DNA from: Gammaproteobacteria bacterium | GTDB lineage: Bacteria; Pseudomonadota; Gammaproteobacteria; Arenicellales; UBA868 | DNA: 64,000 bases | Assembly (NCBI GenBank): GCA_022451485.1 | Contig: JAKUQS010000006.1 | Span: forward strand, 23,648-87,647 | Direction of reading: 5' to 3' | Shown: positions 1 through 9,792 of the stretch, in pieces | Layout: every line of letters starts with the position of its first letter | Numbering within the stretch: the stretch's first letter is position 1 | Notes under the pieces: model-generated | Database searches by the model: none | Seen by the model: the letters and a program-made list of their open reading frames with translations, nothing else | What the model was told of the DNA's origin: nothing | Program-made: the position numbers and the translations under genes

Positions 1-551
1 GCGAGTTCACATAAAACCCTCAAATTCAACTTGTGACTCTCCTCACTGACACCCGCGCAACCATCTGACAATAAAGTTACATTAAAACCTCTGAGATGGG
101 CATCACGGACCGTGGATGCAACCGCGCCGTTAGTCACTATTCCTCCAACAATCAGGTTTTTGGTATTTAACTGCTTCAACAGCCAGTCCAATCGGGACAT
201 AAAAAATGCCGAGTAGGTCACTTTCTCAATCGCGTAGTTACTTGGTGCGAGTTCGTCCACTAAGCGGTGTCCGAAAGTTCCCGATTGGAAATCGCCCGCT
301 TTTAGGAAAGGTCGCAATTCTTTCAAGTGACTTGAGATCAACACACCTCCGGCCATATCCCGAACCAATGTAAAATGTGAGGAAATAATTGGTATCCCTA
401 ACTTGCGACTCCTGTCGACTACGCCTTGCAAATTCTTGACCACCCTGTTGAACGCCACAACGTTCACACCGCCCTTCGCATAGGCACCGTTTTGATGAAT
501 AAAGTCATTTTGCAGGTCCAACAGCAATAAAGCCGTATCCGAAGCATCCAT
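1..551 (-). CDS. Isochorismatase-family hydrolase; partial, C-terminus lies beyond window start
   Basis: Reverse-strand translation from ATG at 551..549 reads MDASDTALLLLDLQNDFIHQNGAYAKGG...LIVGGIVTNGAVASTVRDAHLRGFNVTLLSDGCAG with no stop before nt 1. The D-x-Q-N-D-F N-terminal motif is typical of the isochorismatase / cysteine-hydrolase fold, but the catalytic Cys position appears replaced by NGAV. The ATG overlaps the TGA of the upstream hyuA by 1 nt (TGATG). This ORF is absent from the ORF track because it runs off the edge. Confidence 0.6.
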   Translation of the reverse strand, partial: MDASDTALLLLDLQNDFIHQNGAYAKGGVNVVAFNRVVKNLQGVVDRSRKLGIPIISSHFTLVRDMAGGVLISSHLKELRPFLKAGDFQSGTFGHRLVDELAPSNYAIEKVTYSAFFMSRLDWLLKQLNTKNLIVGGIVTNGAVASTVRDAHLRGFNVTLLSDGCAGVSEESHKLNLRVLCEL

Positions 552-2593
552 CACGAATCCAATTCCATTATCAAATTTCCGTAGGAGTCAATGGACCCCT
601 TTAGTTTTTCATCAACTAGAACTGTTGAATCAGCCTGTTCGATAAGGCAAGGCCCCACAATTACAACACCAGGCTCTAAATGATCCCGTTGATACACAGG
701 CGTGGGTTGCCAGCTTCCCTCTACCCACATATCCCTTGTAGCGGCGCCTGCTGTTTTCCCCAGAGGAGACGCTGAACGCACCAACAGCGACAAATCAAAG
801 TCGGGACGTTTGCCTACAAGAATAATCCGCAGGTTCAGGATTCTTATGGGAATATCTTCCAATATGGTGCTATAAATTCGTTGATAGGTGTCCTCGAATC
901 TGCTTCGCACGCGTTCTGCATTGATCGGCTGTTCTGACAAACGAACGGTAATGGTATGGGTTTGCCCGACGTAGTTCATATCCAACTCAAGACAAACCGA
1001 AACTTCCTTTACCGAACGCTTCGATGTTTCGAGGCTTTCAAATAACTCATTCTGCAAACGTTGGGCTTCTTCGTTTAGGAGCCTAATATCCAATTCCTCC
1101 AGTAACGCATTAATGGTCTTCACACGATCAAATCGAATATCAGCAACGACGCATCCAAACGCACTCATGGCTCCGGGATATCTGGGAATCACGGCCTTAG
1201 AAAGGCCAACATCCTGGATTAAAGCGCCGGCGTGTAGAGCACCTCCGCCACCGAAAGGCATTAAAACAAACGACTCTGGCTGATAGCCCCGTTCAATTGA
1301 AAGCAGACGAATCGCCCCTGCCATTTTGGAGTTTGCCACTCGTACAATTGCATCAGATGCCTCCATTACACCCAGATTCAATGGACCGGCAATGTGCAAC
1401 TCAATCGCGCGCTTGGCAGCATTGACATCTAGCTCCGCTATTCCTTTACCGATGGGTGCTAACGGATTAATCCGCCCAAGAACCAGGTTCGCATCGGTTA
1501 CCGTGGGCTTCGTATTTCCTTTTCCATAACAAACCGGGCCAGGTTCCGATCCTGCACTCTCTGGACCGATTTCAAGAATTCCATCTGGCCCTAAATGAGC
1601 GATAGAGCCGCCGCCAGCACCGATCGTGACGATCTCAATCATAGGAGAGCGCGTAACCATCCCGAAATCAATAGACGTCTCTGCAACCATCGACGTCGAA
1701 CCGTTCGCGATCAGCGACACATCAAAGCTTGTTCCACCCATGTCACTGGTGATGACGTTGTCATAACCACTTTGATGGGCGATATACGCCGCGCCAATCA
1801 CACCAGCAGCTGGGCCGGATAATGTTGTTCTAACAGCTTCCCGGCACGCCATAGCGGCACTAGTCAATCCGCCATTCGACTGGACAATCAAGAGCTCGGT
1901 CCCGCTGTCACGTGCCTGTATTTTTGTCTCTATTTCGTTGAGATACGGCCCTAAAACGGGTTGAAGATAAGCGTTGATCGCGGCAGTCGAGGCCCGTTCA
2001 TACTCTCTTATTTCAGGTAACAGTTCAGAAGAAGTGGACACATAATCGTTAGGCCATACGGTTCTCAAAACTTCAGCCGCCCGTTTTTCATTTTGATGGT
2101 TAGCGTAAGAATTGATAAAAAATACAACCACTGATTCCACGCCGTGTTCGAGCAGTGCTCGCGCTACCGACTTAATCTCACTCGGATTCACTGGGTCCAT
2201 TACTGTCCCATCTGCCAGAGTCCTCTCTTGAACCTCTTTTCGACAATAACGTGGAACAATCGGATCAAAATGCCCCCACAAGCCCCACGTATGTGGGCGG
2301 TCTCTTCGACGCATTTCTAGAACATCACGAAATCCTTTCGTCGTAATTAGACCCACTCGGGCGCCGGTTCGCTGGAGCAAAGCATTAGTCCCAACCGTTG
2401 TACCGTGGATCATGCTTCCAAGATTGCCTAACGATGCCTTAAAGCTTTCTAAGCCCCTCTCCACACCTTCGGCTTGCGCCTCATGATCGGTTACTACTTT
2501 CACAACCCGACAGGTTTCATTTACAGCGTCATAAAGAAATAGATCTGTATAGGTACCCCCCACGTCGACTCCAACCACCGTCTCGGTTAGCAC
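551..2593 (-). CDS. hyuA: Hydantoinase/oxoprolinase family, A-type (ASKHA ATPase) subunit (pair 1)
   Basis: Contains VGVDVGGTYTDLFLYD, MIHGTTVGTNALLQRTGARVGLITTKGFRDVLEMRR and DMGGTSFDVSL, all hallmark hydantoinase_A / acetone carboxylase beta motifs. The ORF-track start is TTG. A GTG at 2593 with GGAGGA 8 nt upstream is the likelier start and sits 1 nt after the hyuB stop. Symbol is family-level. Confidence 0.85.
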   Translation of the reverse strand: MLTETVVGVDVGGTYTDLFLYDAVNETCRVVKVVTDHEAQAEGVERGLESFKASLGNLGSMIHGTTVGTNALLQRTGARVGLITTKGFRDVLEMRRRDRPHTWGLWGHFDPIVPRYCRKEVQERTLADGTVMDPVNPSEIKSVARALLEHGVESVVVFFINSYANHQNEKRAAEVLRTVWPNDYVSTSSELLPEIREYERASTAAINAYLQPVLGPYLNEIETKIQARDSGTELLIVQSNGGLTSAAMACREAVRTTLSGPAAGVIGAAYIAHQSGYDNVITSDMGGTSFDVSLIANGSTSMVAETSIDFGMVTRSPMIEIVTIGAGGGSIAHLGPDGILEIGPESAGSEPGPVCYGKGNTKPTVTDANLVLGRINPLAPIGKGIAELDVNAAKRAIELHIAGPLNLGVMEASDAIVRVANSKMAGAIRLLSIERGYQPESFVLMPFGGGGALHAGALIQDVGLSKAVIPRYPGAMSAFGCVVADIRFDRVKTINALLEELDIRLLNEEAQRLQNELFESLETSKRSVKEVSVCLELDMNYVGQTHTITVRLSEQPINAERVRSRFEDTYQRIYSTILEDIPIRILNLRIILVGKRPDFDLSLLVRSASPLGKTAGAATRDMWVEGSWQPTPVYQRDHLEPGVVIVGPCLIEQADSTVLVDEKLKGSIDSYGNLIMELDS

Positions 2594-2594
2594 T

Positions 2595-4271
2595 TCAGGT
2601 GTCCTCCGTCGGCACAATTAATGGAGACGACACGTACCCTTGGAGGTTATCGTTGGCAATATCCCGCTCACTTCTCAGCGCTGAATCACCGTAACCTCCA
2701 CCCCCGGGAGTTTCCAGACGGACCCTTTGACCACGCCTCAACTTGATGTCTATCGCTTTTGAGCCTAGCGGCGGCGAAACCATCTTTCCGTTATGCTCAT
2801 AAGCGAAAAAGTTGACCATCCCCTCTTCGCCGCCACAGACCCCCGGAGGCCCCCACCGACTTCGATCACCAAATAGAAAAACGTCGGCATCTTTCTCCCG
2901 TAATACAATTTCATAAATCGCACCAAGGCCTCCACGATAACGACCCTCACCTCCACTATTAGGCCGAAGAGCCCATTCCGAGAAGTAAATTGGGTAAGCA
3001 GCTTCCAGGATTTCAAGCGGTGGTATCGTGGCCATGGAAATTGGTGCATTTCCATGATTCAACCCATCCCCTTCCGGGTGCCCCCCATGCCCACCGCCGA
3101 AAAAAGAAAACATTACCCAGCGTTCGCCCGATGCTTTATATCCAGACAACGATAGGGCATTGATTGTTCCATAAGCACAGCCGTTCACTATAGAAGGGTC
3201 AGCTTTCGACATGGACACGAAAATAACGTCGATGATTCGAAGAATCGTTTCGGTATACCCGCCGACTGGCTTTGGCGCGGTCGCGGCCAGGAGACTGTTC
3301 TCGGGAATGATGAACTCAATCGCAGACAGAACCCCCGAATTAGCCGGCACATCTTTAAAGAGATGCTTAAGCCCGACATAACATGCTGCTATGGTAGTTG
3401 ATCGAGACACGTTGACCGGCCCAGAACACTGAGCAGCGGTCCTGGAAAAGTCAAGAACCAATTTGGAACCATGGATAGTTAAATCCACAGCGACCTTCAA
3501 CGGATCATCATTCGTTCCATCATTATCTAACCAATCGTCCGCTGAGTAGCATCCGTCAGGCAGTCGGGATACGTGTGCGCGCATCATCTGCTCAGCAACA
3601 GTTTTTAAGTGTTGACAAATTTGCCAGACCACTGGCGACTCAAAATCCCTCAAAAGTTCGTTCATTCGATTGTTGCCAAGTTCCAGCGCACCAATCTGGG
3701 CCTTCAAGTCACCGAGTAATGACACCGGCAGACGCGAATTCGCCTGCAGAATATGAACAATGTCCAGATTCATAACGCCCCGATCGATAAGGAGGACGGG
3801 AGGGACCAGAATTGCCTCCTGATGGCTCTCGGTTGCTGCAGGATTATAGTTTCCCGGGACATTGCCACCGACATCATGCCAATGGGCAACTGACGCAATA
3901 AAACAGAATATCTTGTTGTCTTTGAAATACGGTCGAATCAGTTTGAAGTCTGAAAGATGGGTACCGCCCTCATAGGGGTCATTGAATAAATAAACATCGC
4001 CCGCGCGAATCGTGAGATGGTTTTGTTTCAGGTGATTAATTAAGTGTTTAACAGCGAACGCCATTGTCCCAACAAATATCGGCAATCCGTTCTTGCCTTG
4101 AATTAGGGTTTCACCTGTAGAGGGATGATACAAGCCATGACTTGCATCTCTCGCTTCGGCAATAATGGGATTGAATGCGGAGCGAAAGAGCGTCGCATCC
4201 ATCTCATCTGCGATTTGTTCCAATCGCCCTTTTATAACGGCAAGGCTGGTTGGATCAATTTGTACTGTCAT
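2595..4271 (-). CDS. hyuB: Hydantoinase B/oxoprolinase family subunit (pair 1)
   Basis: N-terminus DPTSLAVIKGRLEQIADEMDATLFRSAFNPIIAEARDASHGLY, plus the NDPYEGGTHLSDF motif and C-terminal GGGGYGDS, typical of hydantoinase_B. The ORF-track start is GTG at 4292. ATG at 4271 with GAAGGTGG upstream is preferred. Confidence 0.85.
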   Translation of the reverse strand: MTVQIDPTSLAVIKGRLEQIADEMDATLFRSAFNPIIAEARDASHGLYHPSTGETLIQGKNGLPIFVGTMAFAVKHLINHLKQNHLTIRAGDVYLFNDPYEGGTHLSDFKLIRPYFKDNKIFCFIASVAHWHDVGGNVPGNYNPAATESHQEAILVPPVLLIDRGVMNLDIVHILQANSRLPVSLLGDLKAQIGALELGNNRMNELLRDFESPVVWQICQHLKTVAEQMMRAHVSRLPDGCYSADDWLDNDGTNDDPLKVAVDLTIHGSKLVLDFSRTAAQCSGPVNVSRSTTIAACYVGLKHLFKDVPANSGVLSAIEFIIPENSLLAATAPKPVGGYTETILRIIDVIFVSMSKADPSIVNGCAYGTINALSLSGYKASGERWVMFSFFGGGHGGHPEGDGLNHGNAPISMATIPPLEILEAAYPIYFSEWALRPNSGGEGRYRGGLGAIYEIVLREKDADVFLFGDRSRWGPPGVCGGEEGMVNFFAYEHNGKMVSPPLGSKAIDIKLRRGQRVRLETPGGGGYGDSALRSERDIANDNLQGYVSSPLIVPTEDT

Positions 4272-4403
4272 ACCACCTTCTCGTAGGGGCACCTCTCAAG
4301 GACTAACCATCGATCAGTCATACCGGGTTTCGGCTTTTCTACAATACGTTTTTATTGCGCACAACTCGAAAGAAGAATTCTTAACGACAGCTTCTACAGC
4401 GGG

Positions 4404-5732
4404 TTAATAAAGTTGATCGGGGAGCCAAAGTGCTATTTGCGGGAACACAACCAACAATACTGCAGTAGAGGCAAGTAACAAAAAGAAAGGGAACGCGGCC
4501 ACCGCCACACGCTCTATGGGCTGCCCTGACAATGCCTGTAATACAAACAAATTAAAACCTACAGGTGGTGTGACCTGTGCTAATTCGACAGTAATAACCA
4601 AGAAAATACCAAACCAGATTGGGTCATATCCCGCCGCAATAATAAGTGGAAGCGTTATAGGTAGGCTCATCACGCAAATAGACAGTCCTTCCATAAAAAG
4701 ACCCAACAGGAGATAAAAGACACCGATAATCAAGATGAGGCCATATGGACCCAAGTCCAGACTAACTATCAGCTTGGAGATTTCTTGTGGAATGTGCAGA
4801 AATCCCATCGCGGATGACAATACTCCTGCAGCAACCAGAATAGATAGCGCCATACAGGTGATGCGTACAGCACCTCCTAGCGAGTCGACAAATACCTTCC
4901 ATGTAAGTTGTTTTAAAATAATCGTAATGGCTAATGTCCCCGTAAGCCCAAGCGCGGCCGCCTCTGAAGGAGTTGCGAGTCCACTGTAGATACCGCCAAG
5001 AACGAGTGGGATTAATATGAGTATCGGAAGCATGAGGCCCAAACCTCGCAGCCGATCACGGTTCGTATAACGAGGCCCGGTACGTTTTGGCACCAAGTCA
5101 GGATTGATTGAACAACGCACGGCGATAAAAGCTGAGTAAAGACCAGCTGCAAGCAGTCCTGGAAGTAATCCAGCTGCAAATAACCTCGCGATCGATACTT
5201 CCGCTAAGACCCCATAAATAATCATGACAATTGACGGGGGAATCATCAGGCCCAGGCTTCCAGCGCCGGCCAAAGAACCGACGGATAACCATTCGTTGTA
5301 ACCCCTTTCCTTTAGAGCGCTCGTCGTAATCCGACCAATCGTTGCGGTTGTCGCAACACTTGAGCCACTCACTGCTGCGAACAAGGTGCAACCGGCAATA
5401 TTCGTGTGAAACAGTCGCCCCGGCACCAAGTCAACCCAAGGCTCCAGACCGCGAAAAAGACGTTCTGACACATCTGTCCTGAAAATTAGCTCCCCCATCC
5501 AAACGAATATTGGAATAGCAGCCAGTTCCCATGTATTGGCCGTACGCCACATGGTTCCTTTGAAAATGTTTCCGATACGATCAATGGGCATATCTAGGAA
5601 TAACACGAGGCCGGTAACGCTTACTAATGTCAGCGCCGCGAATACCCAAATCCCCATCCCAAGAAATAGAAACATGATGAGGAGGACTAAGCCTGCGACC
5701 AGCAGTGGCATTGTAGAAATAAGTTCGGACAT
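4404..5732 (-). CDS. dctM: TRAP transporter large permease (DctM family)
   Basis: 442 aa, polytopic. Matches DctM N-terminal and core sequence (LLVAGLVLLIMFLFLGMGIWVFAAL...). Confidence 0.85.
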   Translation of the reverse strand: MSELISTMPLLVAGLVLLIMFLFLGMGIWVFAALTLVSVTGLVLFLDMPIDRIGNIFKGTMWRTANTWELAAIPIFVWMGELIFRTDVSERLFRGLEPWVDLVPGRLFHTNIAGCTLFAAVSGSSVATTATIGRITTSALKERGYNEWLSVGSLAGAGSLGLMIPPSIVMIIYGVLAEVSIARLFAAGLLPGLLAAGLYSAFIAVRCSINPDLVPKRTGPRYTNRDRLRGLGLMLPILILIPLVLGGIYSGLATPSEAAALGLTGTLAITIILKQLTWKVFVDSLGGAVRITCMALSILVAAGVLSSAMGFLHIPQEISKLIVSLDLGPYGLILIIGVFYLLLGLFMEGLSICVMSLPITLPLIIAAGYDPIWFGIFLVITVELAQVTPPVGFNLFVLQALSGQPIERVAVAAFPFFLLLASTAVLLVVFPQIALWLPDQLY

Positions 5733-5752
5733 GGCGATCTTTACCGGCAGCC

Positions 5753-6283
5753 TCAGTCGATACCTAAATTCGCGGCCCGAGACGCATCAAGATCAACTTG
5801 ATTACTCAAAACCCTTAAAAGATAAGCCAGCAGTTGGAGCCAAAGTATGATTAATCCTGCCAGCATGAAACTTTCGGGTATCCACTGCTGCATGTTGAGC
5901 ATAGTCCCACTTGTATAACCGCTATCAAACTTTTTTAGAACACTCCGCGCGAAATACCACAATGGCAAGCCCATTGCGATTAACGTGCCGATACAGCAGA
6001 ACACTTCGAGCACTTTTCTGGCAGTTGAGGTTGGATTCATCTTGGAAAGGACTAAATTCACTCGAATAAGACCACCTTTTTCCAATGTGTAACCCATTCC
6101 GAGATAAGCGCACGCCGCAACGCTGTATCCAATCAATTCATCAAGAGCAAAGGTGGAGGTGCTGAACGCACTTCGCACGAAAATCTCCAGCAATATGTGG
6201 CAAACCATATAGACAATGATTGCACCCGCCAGGACTGCCGCAGCCCGGGATATAAAGAAAACAACGTTTTGAAATGTTTTCAT
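5753..6283 (-). CDS. dctQ: TRAP transporter small permease (DctQ family)
   Basis: 176 aa, 4 predicted TM helices, placed between dctP and dctM as in canonical TRAP operons. Confidence 0.7.
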   Translation of the reverse strand: MKTFQNVVFFISRAAAVLAGAIIVYMVCHILLEIFVRSAFSTSTFALDELIGYSVAACAYLGMGYTLEKGGLIRVNLVLSKMNPTSTARKVLEVFCCIGTLIAMGLPLWYFARSVLKKFDSGYTSGTMLNMQQWIPESFMLAGLIILWLQLLAYLLRVLSNQVDLDASRAANLGID

Positions 6284-6376
6284 ATACGTTCCCGACTAAA
6301 CGGAATCCAGCCCCTAACGCGAATGTCAGGGGCTGGATTTTCCAATGCTCAGTCGAAACCAAAAATGCCGGTGACG

Positions 6377-7402
6377 TTAACCGCCGTAGTTGGCCTTCAT
6401 GAATGCATCAAATTCCGCCATAATTTTTGCGGCCTGATCAGCACCCATATTTTTAATCCAAGCTTTTTTTAACGGCGCCGCAGCGACCTTAATATGATCG
6501 ATAACAGACGCTGGAACGTCCTCAACATATTCTGCTCCGACTGACTTCAGCGTGTCTTTGTTCGCCGATACGCGAGACCGCGCGCGCTGCCATGCGGCCT
6601 GTTCCGCTCGGTCAGCAGCCACTCGTAAAGCAATCTTCATTTCAACAGGCAAATCGTTATAGACATCAAGATTCATAGCGACCGCATTGATACCCATTGC
6701 GAAACCAATTGAGTTGAAATACTTGCACCCCAACTCCCAAAACTTTGAGTTAACACCGCCTTCATCGGAGGTTAATACGCCCGTAATCGTGCCGTTACTC
6801 AGCGCTGGAATAACATCTGCCCAGCTTAATTGAATGGGAGAAGCACCGGCGGCCTTCAGGACTTCGGCACCCTGGGCATTGTAAGTTCTGATCTTCAGGC
6901 CTTTCAGGTCTTCAGGTTTGCGAATCTTGGTTTGTTCCCAAATACCCTGCGGAGTCCATGGCGCACCGTACAGCATGGTCTGATTGTGCTTGTTAAAAGC
7001 CTTCTCATAATAAGGCTTCGCCACAATAAACATGGCTTCCGTTTCATTCACAGTCGTCGTGATAAATGGCAAGCTTTGCAGATCAAAGATGGGTTCAATT
7101 TTCTCTAGGGATGAGAAGGGAGTGCTTGCGATGGGCACAGCCCCATCCATAACCGCCTCAAAGTGCTGGCGTGATTTGAATCCAAGTCCCCCACCAGGAT
7201 GGTTTGTTACTGCGATTCGACCACCACTGGTAATCGCTACCGCTTTAGCAAAATCAGCATCCGTCTGTCCTGGCAACGAACTTGCCTGGTATTCATTAGC
7301 CAAATCAAATTTAAATTCGGCCGCAAGCACCGCACTACTAACAGCAAACAACGCAGCGATACCACCAACTAGACCAAGACCGCATTGAATTAATCGATTC
7401 AT
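6377..7402 (-). CDS. dctP: TRAP transporter substrate-binding protein (DctP family)
   Basis: DctP-like mature domain with a signal peptide (MNRLIQCGLGLVGGIAALFAVSSAVLA). Preferred ATG at 7402 has a GGAGG Shine-Dalgarno 8 nt upstream. The ORF-track start at 7444 is probably too long. Confidence 0.8.
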   Translation of the reverse strand: MNRLIQCGLGLVGGIAALFAVSSAVLAAEFKFDLANEYQASSLPGQTDADFAKAVAITSGGRIAVTNHPGGGLGFKSRQHFEAVMDGAVPIASTPFSSLEKIEPIFDLQSLPFITTTVNETEAMFIVAKPYYEKAFNKHNQTMLYGAPWTPQGIWEQTKIRKPEDLKGLKIRTYNAQGAEVLKAAGASPIQLSWADVIPALSNGTITGVLTSDEGGVNSKFWELGCKYFNSIGFAMGINAVAMNLDVYNDLPVEMKIALRVAADRAEQAAWQRARSRVSANKDTLKSVGAEYVEDVPASVIDHIKVAAAPLKKAWIKNMGADQAAKIMAEFDAFMKANYGG

Positions 7403-7551
7403 GGATGTCTCCTCCTTTTTAGAATATTCTGACAACAAAAACATAGCTAGCAGCGTGACGTTAACATAATTTATACAATCGATCAGATTACGCTACAACA
7501 ATAGGAATCTCGTGGATTTTACAGGCCTCAACACATTCAACAGATAACCGT

Positions 7552-8445
7552 TTAAAACGTTGTGGCCTTTGACGAATCCCATTCAAGCAAGGCCCCCACC
7601 GCTTGGCCGAGGACACGCTGGATTTCGGGAAACTTTGCAATAGGCTCTCTAGTTTTTTCATTCATATACAGACGTCGGTTTACCTCAAGTTGCACGGAAT
7701 GGCGGCCAACCTGAGGATCGCTATAGGCCCTCACCAGTTCCACCCCCTTATAGGGATCATTTATCGAAACGCTATAGCCCTGTTGCTTCAGACTACGTTC
7801 TAACTGGCGCGTCACGCCCTGTGCACAGGTTGTACCGTCTCGATCGCCAATAACAAAGTCGGGTCGCATACTCTCCTCTTCCTCTAAAGTAGAGGATTTT
7901 GCTCGGCTGGCCATAGAGTGGCAGTTAACGTGAATAAAGTATCCAAAGCGTCGGTGCGTTGCATCGAGTATCTGGCTAATCTTGTCATGGTAGACATCGT
8001 AATATCTTGACAAACGATGCATCACTACCGCCGGCGAGATTGGGTGTTGGTACATCGGGCTTCGCAGCACCGGCGCCCTAGTCCATATCAACCCGATTCC
8101 GCGCTTACTCTTTGCAGACGGTTTCAACTCAAATGGTAGCTTGCCAGCACCGCCGTCGCACAAATCGTCCACCTTGAGATCGCTCCGAGCCCTATTAGGG
8201 TCTATATAAGTTCTCGGGAATAACGCATCGATCATTACGCCACCTATATCGAGGACATCTTCGAACAGCCGCTCCACATGAGTGTCTTCGCCCCAACGTA
8301 GTTGTTCAATTGGGACTTGATGTCCAAAATCACTTGGGTAGAACGTCCCGCTGTGTGGAGAATCGAGAACCAAGGGTATTAACTGTTGCGTTGCGCCACG
8401 CACTCTAACCACTTCATCAACCAAGTCTTCATTATTTATATGCAT
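7552..8445 (-). CDS. N-formylglutamate amidohydrolase (FGase) family hydrolase
   Basis: LVLDSPHSGTFYP motif and overall FGase/HutG-like fold signature. The track start at 8460 is TTG. An internal ATG at 8445 (MHINNEDL) is preferred. Confidence 0.6.
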   Translation of the reverse strand: MHINNEDLVDEVVRVRGATQQLIPLVLDSPHSGTFYPSDFGHQVPIEQLRWGEDTHVERLFEDVLDIGGVMIDALFPRTYIDPNRARSDLKVDDLCDGGAGKLPFELKPSAKSKRGIGLIWTRAPVLRSPMYQHPISPAVVMHRLSRYYDVYHDKISQILDATHRRFGYFIHVNCHSMASRAKSSTLEEEESMRPDFVIGDRDGTTCAQGVTRQLERSLKQQGYSVSINDPYKGVELVRAYSDPQVGRHSVQLEVNRRLYMNEKTREPIAKFPEIQRVLGQAVGALLEWDSSKATTF

Positions 8446-8483
8446 ATTGTTGCCTGGCAACTCTCACTACCGAACCTGAAGCC

Positions 8484-9404
8484 CTAGGTCTTTGCCTCCG
8501 GCGCAGATCGCAAATTTTTTAACATCGTTACCAGATTATCGTCGCGCCACTCCTCCAGCTCGTCAATTGTTGCGTGGCCCCAACGATCATTAATGGCCTG
8601 AATAAACTGATCCTCGCCGCCCGGCTCTCCATCCCAACCAAAGTGATCAATCATATGGCGCACGCCGCCTTTCCCCCCTCCTAAATGGCGATGAAGGATT
8701 GGCCCCTGGATGGCCCATCTAAGTCCCGGACCCAAGGTTACCGCCTTATCTATATCATCATAGTCACAGATGCCATTAGCCACTAGTGACAATGCTTCCT
8801 CAAAAACTACGCGCTGTAATCGATTGGCTATATAGCCCTCGATTTCTGTTTGCAATCTTAGCGGTGCCTTCCCTAATCGATCATACAAGCCGACGGCCCA
8901 GTCAAGCACATCGATGGGTGTTTCCGCGCCGCCGACCACTTCAACCAGTGGAATAAGATAAACCGGGACAAAGGGATGCCCCACGATGACCCGTTCCGGG
9001 TTTCTGCAACGACTCGACAGACGGCTGGGCAGAAACGTAGATGAAGAACTCGCGATCACACTATCGATCGGGCACGCTTCGCTAATCTTCCCTATCAACT
9101 CTATCTTGAGAGCCTCGTCATCCGGAGCACTCTCTTGGATAAAGTCCGCCCCTGATACCGCCTCCGACATATCGTTTGTAAAGTGTAATTGAGACCGATC
9201 TGCTTCACTCGGCAATCCGATGTCTACTAATTTAGGCCAAGCCGCGTCAATGGCTCTCTCCAGATGATCTGCTGCGGCCGGATTAGGGTCTGTCGCAAAC
9301 ACTTCGATCCCGCGCGAGAGAAAACAAGCAGCCCATGCTGCACCAATCGTACCGGATCCCACACAGGCTACCCGCCGGACGTTGTTAAATAAGGGTCTAG
9401 TCAT
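8484..9404 (-). CDS. 3-Hydroxyacyl-CoA dehydrogenase family, L-carnitine dehydrogenase-like
   Basis: Rossmann motif VACVGSGTIGAAWA, plus ADFIQESAPDDEALK, VIVGHPFVPVYLIPLVEVVGG, GPGLRWAI and GGGKGGVRHMIDHFG. These closely parallel L-carnitine dehydrogenase (LcdH/CDH) signatures. Confidence 0.65.
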   Translation of the reverse strand: MTRPLFNNVRRVACVGSGTIGAAWAACFLSRGIEVFATDPNPAAADHLERAIDAAWPKLVDIGLPSEADRSQLHFTNDMSEAVSGADFIQESAPDDEALKIELIGKISEACPIDSVIASSSSTFLPSRLSSRCRNPERVIVGHPFVPVYLIPLVEVVGGAETPIDVLDWAVGLYDRLGKAPLRLQTEIEGYIANRLQRVVFEEALSLVANGICDYDDIDKAVTLGPGLRWAIQGPILHRHLGGGKGGVRHMIDHFGWDGEPGGEDQFIQAINDRWGHATIDELEEWRDDNLVTMLKNLRSAPEAKT

Positions 9405-9792
9405 ATATTTAATACCTGAGTTTGTATAGAGAGCTGTATCGTGACGCGGTATGCTTTAGCCCATGATAAACATTTCCAAGAAACCTTGAACAGGCTATAA
9501 GCCATCAAGAGTCGAGGCAAGAATAAAATCGCATTACAATCTCGATGAGCCTGGTATCTAATGACTAATTCAGTAAGCTCCAAACGACGCGACTGTCTTT
9601 TTACGTCGGGCGCAACTCAAGAGAATCTCTTTGACCGGACTGGACTCTGGCGTGTTGCCATAGATCCATTCGTTCCAACCAAGCTACCTATGTTTGTCCG
9701 ACAATTGGGAAGGCAAAAGTTACTGTTCGGGAATTCAATACGTACCAGTCGTACTCAACGGACCATCCGTTATGTAGCCGGAGGGCTTTAGA

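Noticed and set aside
9561-9791. 76-aa ORF in the 388-bp divergent intergenic region
   Set aside because: No RBS or family resemblance. More likely a promoter or 5'-UTR region for the flanking divergent genes. Its coding potential cannot be judged without a codon-usage calculation.
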